From: an uncultured Desulfobacula sp.
GTDB taxonomy: Bacteria; Desulfobacterota; Desulfobacteria; Desulfobacterales; Desulfobacteraceae
Length of the DNA stretch: 64,000 nucleotides
Assembly: GCA_964446145.1 (NCBI GenBank)
Contig: CAYUOB010000001.1
Coordinates: 16,387 to 80,386, forward strand
Reading direction: 5' to 3'
Numbering within the stretch: the stretch's first letter is position 1; every line of letters starts with the position of its first letter. Below the pieces are notes generated by a model that saw nothing but the letters and a program-made list of their open reading frames with translations, ran no database searches and was not told where the DNA came from. Positions 7,711-18,252 of this stretch are shown piece by piece. The position numbers and the translations under genes were made by a program.

Positions 7711-10011
7711 TTAACTGCCGGCGTTTTTCTCCTTTAAAGCTGCAAGCACTTTTTCAGGGGTGATGGGCAGATCCTTTATTCTGACTCCAACTGCATCATG
7801 GATTGCATTGGCCACAGCAGGTGCTGTGGGCACGCATCCCGGTTCTCCAATGCCTTTGGCACCAAAGGGGCCGTCATCATCATAGGTTTCAAGAACAGGG
7901 GATTTGATATTCACGGCATCTCCTGCTGTGAACAATTTGTAATCCCTGAAATTGGGGTTCATCATTTTGCCCTTCCTTAAAACAACCTCTTCTGTCAGGG
8001 CATAGCCAAGGCCCATGACCACTCCTCCGCAGACCTGGCCTCTGAGCAGCAGGGGGTTTATGGCCTGGCCCACATCATGGGCTGCAACATAGTCCAGAAC
8101 TTTTACCTTTCCGGTTTCTGTGTCCACTTTTACTTTTACACCGTGGACTCCGAATGTATAGGTCATGGACATGTTGCCCCTGAAATCCCTGCCAAGGTTC
8201 TCATTTGAGGGGTCATAAAAATAATCTGCAGCAAGCATGGTGCCGCCTGGAGAAAAATGGGCCTTGCGCAGAACCTTGCCTATTTCCATTGTTTTTTTAG
8301 GATTGTCCGGCACATATATGAGCCTGTCCTTGAGCACAAGTTTTTCAGGGGGTACATCCAGAAGCTCTGAGGCTATATTGACAAGCTGGGCCCTGATTCT
8401 GCGTGCAGCTCCAAGGGCTGCATTGCCTGCCACAAATGTACTGCGGCTGGCATGGGCACCCACATCCCAGGGACATACATCCGTATCAGTATGCACCACA
8501 TTGACATCCTGCACAAAAACTCCAAGTTCTTCAGCCACGATCTGGGCCGTGATATTGTCAAGGCCCTGACCCATGTCGGTTCCGCCTGTGAATACGCTTA
8601 CCTTGCCGTAGTCATCCATTTTGATTATGGCGCCGCATCCGTCTGATTTGTAGATTCTTGCTCCACCTCCAACATGAATGAGAGATGCAATGCCGATGCC
8701 GACCCCTTCCTCTGAGGGCCTGTCTTTTCCAAGTTCCTTTTCAACGGCATCAAGGCATAGATCCAGGCCGCAGGTTGTGATTTTAAAGTCCTGGGGGGTT
8801 GTGTCTCCGGGCCGGTTCCTGTTGATTCTCCTGAATTCAAAGGGGTCAATGCCTGCTTTTTTTGCCAGCATGTCCATACTGCTTTCAATGGCAAAGGTGG
8901 CCTGGGGGTTTCCATATCCGCGCATGGCCTGGGAATAGGTGTTGTTAGTATAGACGCATTTTGCAGAATATCTTACATTTTCCACCCTGTAAAGGGAGGT
9001 CACAGGCATCATCATGACAGATGGAGTGGTTGCTCCCCATGATGTCCTGGCTCCGTTGTCCAGGATCATTTCAATGTCCCTGAACAGCAGTTTTCCTTTT
9101 TTGTCGCATCCCTGCCTGATATTTATTATGGCAGGCTGTCTTGTTGAGGTTGCAATGAATTCTTCCTGCCTGTCAAAGGTGATCTTCACCGGCCTGCGGC
9201 ATTTATGGGCAAGGAGAATGGCAATGTGTTCATAGGCATAGGTATCAAGCTTGCTGCCGAACCCTCCCCCTATGACGGGTTTTATCACCCTTACCCTTTT
9301 GTCTCCCAGGCCCAGGGATTTCATGGATCCAAGAAAATCCTTCTGCGCCAGGGAAGGTATCTGGGTATTTGTATACACGGTAAGATTACCATCAGTATCA
9401 AAGGATGCTATGGCTCCGCTTGTCCCCATGCAGCAGTGGGTAACCCAGGTTGTTGAAAACCTGTCCTCCACAATGAAATCAGCTTTGGCAGCAGCTTTTT
9501 CCACGTCCCCGTAGTGCAGTTTCCACGGCAGTTTAAGTACATTTGACTTGTGATTTTCATGTACAAGGGGGCTGTCCTTTTGCATGGCCTTTTCAGGGTC
9601 AAACACTCCTTGAAGTTCTTCATATTCAATTTCAATGAGCTCAAGGGCACGTGCTGCAATTTCAGCGGTTTTCGCGGCCACTGCCGCAACTTCATCCCTG
9701 AATGAACATACCTTGCCCTTTTTAAGGGGGGGATTGTCCTTGTAAAATCCCATCACCATGCCTTTGGGCACATCATCGCCCGTTACCACGGCATAAACTC
9801 CGGGCAGTGCAGCAGCCTTTGAAATATCCATGCTGACAATTCTTGCATGGGCAAATCTGCTGTATAATATTTTGCCGTAAACCATTCCCGGCAGTTTGAT
9901 ATCCTGAATATACATGGCTTTTCCCATGGCCTTGTCAGCAGCATCCAGTTTTGGGACGGGTTTGCCCACCACACTGAATTCACCAGGGCTGCGCTTGCTG
10001 TTATCGGTCAT
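7711..10011 (-). CDS. Xanthine dehydrogenase family Mo-binding large subunit (candidate indoleacetyl-CoA hydroxylase, Iaa-like)
   Basis: Start revised to ATG 10011 (MTDNSKR), which follows GGAGG. Canonical motifs intact: TQIP, GGGFGSK, AMRGYG, DMGQG, GAKGIGEP. Confidence 0.88.
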   Translation of the reverse strand: MTDNSKRSPGEFSVVGKPVPKLDAADKAMGKAMYIQDIKLPGMVYGKILYSRFAHARIVSMDISKAAALPGVYAVVTGDDVPKGMVMGFYKDNPPLKKGKVCSFRDEVAAVAAKTAEIAARALELIEIEYEELQGVFDPEKAMQKDSPLVHENHKSNVLKLPWKLHYGDVEKAAAKADFIVEDRFSTTWVTHCCMGTSGAIASFDTDGNLTVYTNTQIPSLAQKDFLGSMKSLGLGDKRVRVIKPVIGGGFGSKLDTYAYEHIAILLAHKCRRPVKITFDRQEEFIATSTRQPAIINIRQGCDKKGKLLFRDIEMILDNGARTSWGATTPSVMMMPVTSLYRVENVRYSAKCVYTNNTYSQAMRGYGNPQATFAIESSMDMLAKKAGIDPFEFRRINRNRPGDTTPQDFKITTCGLDLCLDAVEKELGKDRPSEEGVGIGIASLIHVGGGARIYKSDGCGAIIKMDDYGKVSVFTGGTDMGQGLDNITAQIVAEELGVFVQDVNVVHTDTDVCPWDVGAHASRSTFVAGNAALGAARRIRAQLVNIASELLDVPPEKLVLKDRLIYVPDNPKKTMEIGKVLRKAHFSPGGTMLAADYFYDPSNENLGRDFRGNMSMTYTFGVHGVKVKVDTETGKVKVLDYVAAHDVGQAINPLLLRGQVCGGVVMGLGYALTEEVVLRKGKMMNPNFRDYKLFTAGDAVNIKSPVLETYDDDGPFGAKGIGEPGCVPTAPAVANAIHDAVGVRIKDLPITPEKVLAALKEKNAGS

Positions 10012-10498
10012 TTTCACCTCCCTTGTGTCCGGAAACAGATTTGGCTGCTGCTTCAACGGATTCAAATATCTGGATATAGCCTGTGCATCTGCATATATTT
10101 CCTTCCAGCGCATGCTGGATTTCCCTGCGGCCTGCATGCGGGTTTTCATCAAGAAGTGCCTTGGCAGACATTATCATGCCAGGTGTGCAGAACCCGCACT
10201 GGATTCCTCCATTGTCAATAAAGGACTGCTGAAGCGGGTGCAGGCTGCCGTCTTCAGAAGCAAGCCCCTCAATTGTTTCAATTGTGGTTCCGTCTGCATC
10301 AACTGCCAGAAAGAGGCAGGAATTTACGGCAAGCCTGTCCACAATCACGGTGCAGGCCCCGCATTCTCCGTTGCCGCAGCCTTCCTTTGTGCCGGTCAGG
10401 CCCATTTCTTCCCTTAAAAGATGAAGAAGTGTCCAGTGCTCCATGATTTCGCAGGAGACCTGTTCACCATTTAATATGAATGATATGTTTCTTGACAT
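10001..10498 (-). CDS. 2x[2Fe-2S] small subunit of molybdenum hydroxylase
   Basis: TGTKEGCGNGECGAC and QCGFCTPG...NICRCTGY. Confidence 0.92.
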   Translation of the reverse strand: MSRNISFILNGEQVSCEIMEHWTLLHLLREEMGLTGTKEGCGNGECGACTVIVDRLAVNSCLFLAVDADGTTIETIEGLASEDGSLHPLQQSFIDNGGIQCGFCTPGMIMSAKALLDENPHAGRREIQHALEGNICRCTGYIQIFESVEAAAKSVSGHKGGENDR

Positions 10499-10513
10499 GG
10501 GTAAATATTTCTC

Positions 10514-11395
10514 CTAGGAATTTTTTTGGATTATATCCAGGCATTTAAGGCCCATTCTCCTGACCTGGACTTTTATCATTTCTTTTCTGTGCCAGGCTTT
10601 GCCCCGGACACTGTCCCTGACCTTTGATTCCTCACATGCCTTTTCTCCTGCCTGTGTGAGAAGTTCTTTTGTTATCTGCCTGCCTTTAAGAATCTTTTCA
10701 GCTTCATATGCCCTCATGGGAACAGGGCCTGCAACTCCAAGACAGATTCTGGCTTTTGTGCAGGTTTTTTTGCTGTCATCCAGGGAAATTAAGACCCCTA
10801 TCCCTATCAAAGGCAGTTCCATGGCAGCTCTGCGCCCGAATTTTATATATGCACTGCCTGTATTGGGGCTGCACGGGGGTATGATGATTTTTGTCAGAAT
10901 TTCACCGGGTTTCAGAACGGTTTTATGGGGTTCAAGAAAAAGATCTTTCACCATGAGTTTGCGTTTCCCGTCAGGCCCCTGTATGACGGCTGTACCGTCC
11001 AGGGCTATCATGGGTATAGCGCCGTCAGCAGAAGGCACTGCATTGACAAGGTTGCCTCCTATGGTTCCCACGTTCCTTATCTGAACCGATCCTATTTTTG
11101 AAACTGCATCATGAATTATGGGATAATTCTTTGTGATCATTTCAGATTTTTCAAGCATGGAATGGGTTACCATTGCGCCTATGACAAGCTCTCCTGTTGT
11201 TTCGTCCATGTTGAGCATGGATAATTGTTTTATCTTTTTCAAAGAGATGATAACCTCCGGTGACATCCATCCGTCCTTGAGCTTTACAATGACGTCTGTG
11301 CCACCGCCCATGTATTTTGCTGAATCGCCGTGCCTGCCGTACATTTCAAAGGCCTGTTCAAGGCTCTCTGGTGACAGGTAGGTAAAAGGTTTCAT
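10514..11395 (-). CDS. FAD-binding medium subunit of molybdenum hydroxylase (CoxM-like)
   Basis: Start revised to MKPFTYLSP (11395). GGGTD, QIRNVGTIGGN and AVPSAD motifs, with no Cys insert. Confidence 0.9.
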   Translation of the reverse strand: MKPFTYLSPESLEQAFEMYGRHGDSAKYMGGGTDVIVKLKDGWMSPEVIISLKKIKQLSMLNMDETTGELVIGAMVTHSMLEKSEMITKNYPIIHDAVSKIGSVQIRNVGTIGGNLVNAVPSADGAIPMIALDGTAVIQGPDGKRKLMVKDLFLEPHKTVLKPGEILTKIIIPPCSPNTGSAYIKFGRRAAMELPLIGIGVLISLDDSKKTCTKARICLGVAGPVPMRAYEAEKILKGRQITKELLTQAGEKACEESKVRDSVRGKAWHRKEMIKVQVRRMGLKCLDIIQKNS

Positions 11396-11411
11396 AAGGG
11401 TTTTCCTTTCC

Positions 11412-12707
11412 TTAATTTCTGTTGTCAAAGATACGCTGTGCCTTTCCTGCATATCTGGGCAGTTCTCCATAATCGCATACCACGGCATCACAGCTTACCA
11501 GGATTTTTGACTGCACAGCCTTTTGTATCATTGATTTTACGCTGCCATACATTCCGGATTCAATTCCCTGCCGTGCCTCCACTTTTATGGACATGTAATC
11601 CTTTCCGTCATTTTTGCGTTCCAGATGGAGCTGATATTCACTGCCCACTTCATTAATTGATGACAATACCTCGTCAATCTGCCCCGGATATATATTCACA
11701 CCCCTTAAAATTATCATGTCATCTGACCTGCCCATGATTCTGTCATGCATGAACATTATGTTGCCGCATGAGCACGGTTTTGTGATTTTTCTTGTGAGGT
11801 CCCTTGTTCTGTAGCGGATGAGCGGGGCAGCTTCTTTACACAATGTGGTAACCACCATCTCTCCGACCTGGCCGTCCTCAACAGGTTCAAGTGTGGCAGG
11901 ATCGAGTATCTCAAGTATGTAAATATCGGCCCAGTAATGGATTCCTTCGTGTTTCGGACAGTCAAGGCCTGCCCCTGGCCCGTATAATTCTGTCATGCCC
12001 GTGATGTCAAACATGTCCTCAAGGCCCAGAAGCTCCTTTATCCTGGTGCGCATGGCAGAGGAACTGCGCTCAGACCCGAATATGATTTTTTTAAGGTTGA
12101 TTTTGTCCTTGATCCCTCTTTTATGGACTTCTTCCGCCATAAGGAGGGCCATTGAAGCAGTGCAGCACAGAACAGTGGTCTGCATGTCAACAAGGAACTG
12201 GCACTGCATGTCAATATTGCCCGGCCCCACCGGAACTGCCATGGCTCCAATCCGCTCGCACCCGAGCTGAAAACCCATCCCGGCTGTCCAGACTCCGTAC
12301 CCCACTGCAATCTGAACCCTGTCTTCCTTTGTCACTCCTGCCATCTCATAGCATCTTGCAAACATATCAAACCATACATCAAGATCCTTTGCAGTATAGG
12401 AGAGAACCTTTCTTTTTCCTGTTGTGCCGGATGAGGCGTGAATGCGGACAATGTCTTTTTCCGGCACAGATAAAAGGGGCAGGGGATATCCTTTTTTCAG
12501 GTCATTGCCCGTTGTAAAGGGAAGGTCCTTTATATCATCAAGGCAGGTGATGTCAGAAGGCGTGATTCCGGCTTTTTCAAACTGGTCTCTGTAAAATTTT
12601 GATCCATTGTAAGCGTGTGAAACTGTCCATTGAAGCCCCTTTAGCTGATGATCCAGCAGCTGCCCTGTGTCCCTGAACTGCGGCATGAATGTTTTGTGCA
12701 TTTCCAT
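11412..12707 (-). CDS. Phenylacetate-CoA ligase family (PaaK-like) arylacetate-CoA ligase
   Basis: RIHASSGTTGK, GMTELYGPG, PLIRYRTRD and GRSDDMIILRGVN. Confidence 0.9.
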   Translation of the reverse strand: MEMHKTFMPQFRDTGQLLDHQLKGLQWTVSHAYNGSKFYRDQFEKAGITPSDITCLDDIKDLPFTTGNDLKKGYPLPLLSVPEKDIVRIHASSGTTGKRKVLSYTAKDLDVWFDMFARCYEMAGVTKEDRVQIAVGYGVWTAGMGFQLGCERIGAMAVPVGPGNIDMQCQFLVDMQTTVLCCTASMALLMAEEVHKRGIKDKINLKKIIFGSERSSSAMRTRIKELLGLEDMFDITGMTELYGPGAGLDCPKHEGIHYWADIYILEILDPATLEPVEDGQVGEMVVTTLCKEAAPLIRYRTRDLTRKITKPCSCGNIMFMHDRIMGRSDDMIILRGVNIYPGQIDEVLSSINEVGSEYQLHLERKNDGKDYMSIKVEARQGIESGMYGSVKSMIQKAVQSKILVSCDAVVCDYGELPRYAGKAQRIFDNRN

Positions 12708-12718
12708 GACTCCTGGTT

Positions 12719-14467
12719 TTAAAGTTTATGATTTGCTTTTATCTGCTCTCTGCATTGCAGGGTTGCTTCACAGTCAAGTGTAAGATTATCAGGGTCAATT
12801 ATCACTGCATAATCCTGCTTTGCTTTTTCAATACTCACATATCCATACTGCACATCCCGTTCAACTGCCTTTGGGTCCCTTTCAAACGGGTCTCCGTATC
12901 CGCCTCCGCCTGCGCTGACAAAGGCGATTGTGTCTCCGGGATCACAGAAAGTAAGCCCGCTCGGGTCTGCAGGGGTGCTGTTTTTCAAAAACCTGGCACA
13001 TGCCCCGTCCTTTCCCTTGAAAATACCTGAAGGCGGGTAAATGAACCTGCCTGCCTGAACAGCAATCGTGGTACGCCCCGGAGCATTCAGAACCCCTTGC
13101 TCGGGAGACCTGATGATCATTTGCCGTCCTATGCCCCCCCTTTGCTTTCCAGGCCCTCCTGAGTCTGTTACAAGGCTTCTTTCCTCCACAATAAGCGGAG
13201 TATCGCTTTCCAGAATTTCAACGGGGGTGTTTGCACCGTTTGCCGGAAAAATGGCGCAGTGATGGCCGTCAGCCCTTGATGAGGCTCCCATGCCCCCTCC
13301 CCTTATTATCATGGTGTGCCAGGGCTTTCCGTTGGCGCGCCTGCCGTACAGGATATTGGTCTGTGCAGGTGTTCCGCCTGAACCGGCTATTATATTGTCA
13401 GGGGCCGCCTTTGACAGGGCATTGAATACCATTTCCGTCATGAAATGGCCCACCTGCATGCGTGCGGCAACTGCTGCCGGAAATGTGCAGTTGATTATGC
13501 TGCCTTTGGGGGCAGTCATTTTAACCGGCCTTATGGCACCTTCATTAATGGGAATTTCAGGGTCAAAAGCTGATTTTACAGCCATGAACACATAGGCATA
13601 GGTAAAATTGTAAACAACGTTCACACCCCAGTCAACCTGGTCTGAACTACCGTCAAAATCCACATGAATGTCAGTTCCTGAAACATTGACCGTAAGTTTT
13701 ATGGTTATGTCAGGCCTTTTGCCTGCTCCTTCAATTATGCCTTTGTGCGGGTATGTTCCATCGGGAATGCGGTCAATGGCTTTTCTCATGCTTGCCTCGG
13801 TGCGTGCGATGATTTCATCCGCAAGGTCATCCAGGGAATCAAGCCCTTCATCTTCCATCATCTCAATGATTTTTTGTGCGCACACATGGTTGGCTGCAAC
13901 CTGGGAACGTATGTCTCCTGTGACCTCCTCCGGTGTCCTGACATTCCAGCGTATCATGTTGAGAAGATCCTTGTTCAGGGTGCCTGCATCATACAATTTT
14001 GTTACAGGGATATAAATTCCCTCCTCAAATACTTCCCTGTTGTCGGAAGACACCCTTCCGCCTATGTCGGAATGATGGAACACACAGGCTGTGAATGCAA
14101 CCGGCCTGTCCCTGAAAAAAATCGGGCTTAAAACGCATACATCATTGAGATGGCCTGCAAGAAGCCAGGGATCATTGACAATGAAAACATCTCCTTTTTT
14201 GTATTGGTCAAGGGGAATGGAATTGATTATTTTCTTTACTCCCAGCGCCATGGCCCCTGCCTGGCCGGGTGTGCAGAAGGTTCCCTGCACAAGTTCCTGG
14301 CCTCTGCTGTCCGTGAACATGCATGTATAGTCGTGGGCATCGCGCAGAAGGCTTGAGAATGCTGTCCTTGCCACTGATGCATCTGCCTCGTCCACAATGG
14401 ACACAAGCCTTCTCCAGAGAATCTCAAGGGTGATCGGGTCAAATTTGGTTTTCAGGGCCTGGTTCAT
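12719..14467 (-). CDS. Hydantoinase B / 5-oxoprolinase family subunit
   Basis: DPITLEI, NDPW..GHLND, HHSDIGG, EEG, NTPVEILE, DSGGPG..RGG and GGGGYGDP. Confidence 0.92.
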   Translation of the reverse strand: MNQALKTKFDPITLEILWRRLVSIVDEADASVARTAFSSLLRDAHDYTCMFTDSRGQELVQGTFCTPGQAGAMALGVKKIINSIPLDQYKKGDVFIVNDPWLLAGHLNDVCVLSPIFFRDRPVAFTACVFHHSDIGGRVSSDNREVFEEGIYIPVTKLYDAGTLNKDLLNMIRWNVRTPEEVTGDIRSQVAANHVCAQKIIEMMEDEGLDSLDDLADEIIARTEASMRKAIDRIPDGTYPHKGIIEGAGKRPDITIKLTVNVSGTDIHVDFDGSSDQVDWGVNVVYNFTYAYVFMAVKSAFDPEIPINEGAIRPVKMTAPKGSIINCTFPAAVAARMQVGHFMTEMVFNALSKAAPDNIIAGSGGTPAQTNILYGRRANGKPWHTMIIRGGGMGASSRADGHHCAIFPANGANTPVEILESDTPLIVEERSLVTDSGGPGKQRGGIGRQMIIRSPEQGVLNAPGRTTIAVQAGRFIYPPSGIFKGKDGACARFLKNSTPADPSGLTFCDPGDTIAFVSAGGGGYGDPFERDPKAVERDVQYGYVSIEKAKQDYAVIIDPDNLTLDCEATLQCREQIKANHKL

Positions 14468-16575
14468 GATTTATTCCCCCCTTTGGACTGGTTTAAACTG
14501 ATCCAGACAAAGCCGAATTTATCCACTCTTGCATCTGCGTCCTCTCCGATTACAATCGTGGATTCTCGTTCCTCAATAATGGCAGGCCCTGGAATCTGTG
14601 CCCCTGCAAAGAGCTGCGGCCTGTCATATACTGTAAAAGGAATGTATTGTTTTTTTATTATTGAAAATGCTTTGCGCCTGCCTTTAATGCATTTGTCTAT
14701 GTCCCTGTTTTCCACGGTAAGCTCAGGAATGGAAAAGGGCTGTTTTGGAAGGCTTGCCCTTACCTTGAAAGTTACGAATTCAACAGGAGTTTCAGGATAG
14801 GTTCTTCCGTAAAGGCGTTTATATTGTTCGTCAAAGAGTTTCCTTATATCTTCCCTTGAATAGGAATCAAAAGCCCTGGTTTCTATGGCAAGGTCTGTTT
14901 CAGCGCCCTGTCCCACGAAACGCATCAGGAGTGTGCGTTCAAACACAATATCATTGTGTTGTGCTGAATCCTTTAAAATGGATGTTCCTTCCTTTTCCAG
15001 CTCATTGAAAAGTTTTTCGATTTCCGTGAAATCAGCATCATCAAGGCCTGCCCTGTGGCTGCGTGAAAGATCGAATGCCACGGGAGCAGTGAAGAATCCA
15101 AGTGCCGATCCCACTCCTGCAAGGGGCGGTACAAGTATTGAAGGCGCTCCTATTTTCTTTGCAAGCCCGTAGGCATGCACGGGCCCGGCACCTCCGAATG
15201 CCGACATTACAATTGTATTTGGATTGCCGCCTTTTTCAGCAATATGGGTTTTGGCTGCTGCTGCCATGGTTTCGTTAATGAGGTCATGTATGCCGAATGC
15301 AGCTTCCACCATACCTGTGCCAAGGGGTTTTGCAATTTTTTCCTCTATTGCTTTTTTTGAAAGCTCAATATCAAGCTTCATTGTGCCGCCCAGAAAAAAA
15401 TCAGGGTCAAGATAACCCAGGGCAAGGTCGGCATCGGTTACGGTCGGGTTTTCTCCTCCAAGATTGTAACATGCAGGGCCAGGGTCTGCCCCCGCACTTT
15501 CAGGCCCCACTGCAAGAAGCCCGAGATTGCTGATTTTTGCTATGCTGCCGCCCCCAGCTCCTATTTCCATCAGATCCACCACAGGCACCTGAATCGGAAG
15601 GCCGCTGCCCTTTTTGAATCTTTGGACACGGCCCACTTCAAATGTTGAGACAAGGCCTGCATGGCCTTTCTGAATAAGGCATGACTTGGCTGTGGTACCT
15701 CCCATGTCAAAACAGAACATATCCTTTATATTAAACATTTTGCCGTAGTGCTGGGAGGCTATTACCGCTGCTGTGGGCCCTGATTCGATTATTCTGACCG
15801 GAAAATCACGTGCAGTGTCAACCGATGTTATGCCGCCTGATGACAGCATTATGAAAAGCCTGCCCCTGAATCCCATGTTTTCAAGGCGGTTGGTGAGTTT
15901 TTTAAGGTATCTGTATGTGATGGGTTTTACATATGCATTTACCGCTGTTGTACATGTGCGTTCGTATTCCCTTATCTGGGGCAGGACTTCAAATGATGTG
16001 GAAAGGAAAAGATCTGGTGCATGTTTTTCAATTATGGCTTTTACCTTTTTTTCATTCACAGGGTTTTCATAGGAATTGATGAAGCATACTGCAATGGATT
16101 CAATATTTTTGTTCTTAAGCAGGTTTAAAACCTGTTTTGTTTGTTCTTCATCCACGTCCCTGAGAACAATGCCGTCAGCCGTCACTCTCTCGTCGATTTC
16201 CATTCTAAGGGCTCTTGGAACGATGGGTTGTGGGTATTCACTGAAAATATCATATGCGTCATATCTGATTTCCCTGCCAAGTTCCAGCACATCCTTAAAT
16301 CCCTTTGTGGTTAAAAGCCCGGTTGCAGCGCCTTTTCTCTCGATTATGGCATTTATGACAAGGGTTGTACCGTGAATGATCTCCTGCACATTGTCCATGA
16401 AGCCGGGCTTGATTTGCCCAAGTTCGCGTATGCCCTTTTCCACGGCATCTGACGGGTCAGAAGGCGTGGTAAGGCATTTGTTGGTATAAAACTGCCCGGT
16501 TCTGTCATTCACCAGTACAAAATCCGTAAAAGTGCCGCCGATATCACAGCCCAGGCGGTAGGTTGTCTGCTCCAA
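14464..16575 (-). CDS. Hydantoinase A / 5-oxoprolinase ATP-dependent subunit
   Basis: DIGGTFTD, HGTT, REYER, ESGP, DMGGTT, IGAGGGS, GPESAGADPGP and FGGAGPVH. Start revised to TTG 16575, which follows AGGAGG. Confidence 0.92.
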   Translation of the reverse strand: MEQTTYRLGCDIGGTFTDFVLVNDRTGQFYTNKCLTTPSDPSDAVEKGIRELGQIKPGFMDNVQEIIHGTTLVINAIIERKGAATGLLTTKGFKDVLELGREIRYDAYDIFSEYPQPIVPRALRMEIDERVTADGIVLRDVDEEQTKQVLNLLKNKNIESIAVCFINSYENPVNEKKVKAIIEKHAPDLFLSTSFEVLPQIREYERTCTTAVNAYVKPITYRYLKKLTNRLENMGFRGRLFIMLSSGGITSVDTARDFPVRIIESGPTAAVIASQHYGKMFNIKDMFCFDMGGTTAKSCLIQKGHAGLVSTFEVGRVQRFKKGSGLPIQVPVVDLMEIGAGGGSIAKISNLGLLAVGPESAGADPGPACYNLGGENPTVTDADLALGYLDPDFFLGGTMKLDIELSKKAIEEKIAKPLGTGMVEAAFGIHDLINETMAAAAKTHIAEKGGNPNTIVMSAFGGAGPVHAYGLAKKIGAPSILVPPLAGVGSALGFFTAPVAFDLSRSHRAGLDDADFTEIEKLFNELEKEGTSILKDSAQHNDIVFERTLLMRFVGQGAETDLAIETRAFDSYSREDIRKLFDEQYKRLYGRTYPETPVEFVTFKVRASLPKQPFSIPELTVENRDIDKCIKGRRKAFSIIKKQYIPFTVYDRPQLFAGAQIPGPAIIEERESTIVIGEDADARVDKFGFVWISLNQSKGGNKS

Positions 16576-16594
16576 AATGCACCTCCTGCAAATT

Positions 16595-18232
16595 TTAGTA
16601 AAAATCAGGTTCGTCCCATTCACCAAATACCTGTCTGAAAACTCCTGCCATTTCGCCGACTGTTGCATAGGCATGACAGCATTTTACCAGGTATGGCATT
16701 ACGTTCTTGTCTGTTTTTGCGGCTTTTTCCAGCTCAGACAGGGTTTTTGCGACTTCTCTTCCATTTCTTGTCCGCCTTACTTCTTCAAGGCTTGCTTTGG
16801 ATTTCTCAGCCCATTCCTCGTTATATTCATGGAGTTCGACATCATTTTGTTCCTGGGCTGAATCCTTTGACCCGGGATTTACTCCAACTTTTTTGTATTC
16901 GCCTGACTGAAGGCCTTTTTCAAATTCATATGCCTGCTTTGAAACCTTTCTTTGGATGAACCCTTCTGAAATGCATTTTATCATGCCCCCCCATTTGCTT
17001 ACTTCCTGCATTTCCTCAATGATCTTTTTCTCCATTTCAAGGGTCAGGGTTTCAATGAAATATGAGCCTGCCAGGGGATCAACCGTATCCCTCAATCCCA
17101 CCTCATCCATGAGAATTTCAAGTGTTCTCAGGGACAGCAGGGCTGAACGCGGAGTGGGTATTGTATATGCTTCGTCAAATGAGCACAGCGCGGTTGTCTG
17201 GGCTCCTGACAGGGCAGCGCCCAATGCATAGTATGCGCCTCTCATTATATTATTTTCAGGCTGTTCCTTGGTCAGGCCCGAGCCTCCTCCTCCGAAAAGC
17301 CCCCTTAAAAACAGTTTTTTCTTTTCCTTTACCCCGTATTCATTTTTCAGCATTTTTGCCCATAGTTTTCTTGCTGCCCTGAACTTGGCGATCTGTTCCC
17401 ACATATTGCCGTATACATTAAAATTAAAGGAAAACCGCCCCACAAAATTTTCAGCAGGTATGCCGCGTCTGACCACATTGTCTATATATGCCTTTGCAAT
17501 CTCAAAGGCATAGGCTATTTCCTGGGCAGGAGTGGCCCCTGATTCCCTGATATGGTAACCGCATATACTTACGGGATTTGACCGGGGCAGGGTGGTGACG
17601 GCATATTCAATGGAATCTCCCACAAGGCGCACTCCATGCTCAACAGGGAATATCCATGCGCCCCTTCCTATCATTTCCTTTAAGATATCATTTTGCGGGG
17701 TGGTTGAAATTCTGTCTATGGGGTAGCCGAATTTTTCAGCCACTGCCTGATACATGGCCATCATGATGGTGGCAACTGCATTGATCGTAAGTCCTGAGCC
17801 TATTCTGTCCAGGGGAATGCCTTTAAATGCTGTTTCAAAATCCTTCAGAGAATCAACTGCCATTCCAACCCTGCCGACCTCACCCTGTGCCAGGGGATGA
17901 TCAGAGTCGTAACCCATCTGGGTGGGCAGATCAAAGGCGACATTAAGGCCGTTCTGGCCATTTTCTATCATTAATTTGAATCTTTTGTTGGTTTCTTCGG
18001 GAGTGCCGAATCCGGTGTACTGCCTTGTTGTCCATGCCCTGCTGCGATAACTTTGAGGATGAAGGCTGCGGGTGAAGGGATATTCTCCGGGCTCACCAAG
18101 ATCCTTTTCATAACTGAACCCTGCCTTTTCAAGATCATCTGGCCCGTATACCGGCTTGATCTCTATTCCAGACTGGTAGGTTACCGATTTGATTGCTCCT
18201 TTTTCATCCTTTACATATTTTGCAACGCCCAT
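16595..18232 (-). CDS. B12-dependent acyl-CoA mutase large (substrate-binding) subunit, methylmalonyl-CoA mutase family
   Basis: PGEYPFTR, WTTRQYTGF, AFDLPTQMGYDSD, QNDILKE, GYHIRESG and DPLAGSY. Confidence 0.92.
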   Translation of the reverse strand: MGVAKYVKDEKGAIKSVTYQSGIEIKPVYGPDDLEKAGFSYEKDLGEPGEYPFTRSLHPQSYRSRAWTTRQYTGFGTPEETNKRFKLMIENGQNGLNVAFDLPTQMGYDSDHPLAQGEVGRVGMAVDSLKDFETAFKGIPLDRIGSGLTINAVATIMMAMYQAVAEKFGYPIDRISTTPQNDILKEMIGRGAWIFPVEHGVRLVGDSIEYAVTTLPRSNPVSICGYHIRESGATPAQEIAYAFEIAKAYIDNVVRRGIPAENFVGRFSFNFNVYGNMWEQIAKFRAARKLWAKMLKNEYGVKEKKKLFLRGLFGGGGSGLTKEQPENNIMRGAYYALGAALSGAQTTALCSFDEAYTIPTPRSALLSLRTLEILMDEVGLRDTVDPLAGSYFIETLTLEMEKKIIEEMQEVSKWGGMIKCISEGFIQRKVSKQAYEFEKGLQSGEYKKVGVNPGSKDSAQEQNDVELHEYNEEWAEKSKASLEEVRRTRNGREVAKTLSELEKAAKTDKNVMPYLVKCCHAYATVGEMAGVFRQVFGEWDEPDFY

Positions 18233-18252
18233 ATGGTCTGCCTCCCATGTTT

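Noticed and set aside
7711..11395. Aerobic CO dehydrogenase (coxMSL)
   Set aside because: The active-site loop is AMRGYG, not AYxCSFR.
12719..16575. Acetone or acetophenone carboxylase
   Set aside because: Same superfamily, but no gamma or other additional carboxylase subunits are present, and the context fits a lactam hydrolase. Not excluded without phylogeny.
7711..16674. Long N-terminal extensions in the ORF track (starts at 10152, 11491, 16674)
   Set aside because: They overlap upstream genes, and downstream starts with RBS and family-typical N-termini exist (10011, 11395, 16575).
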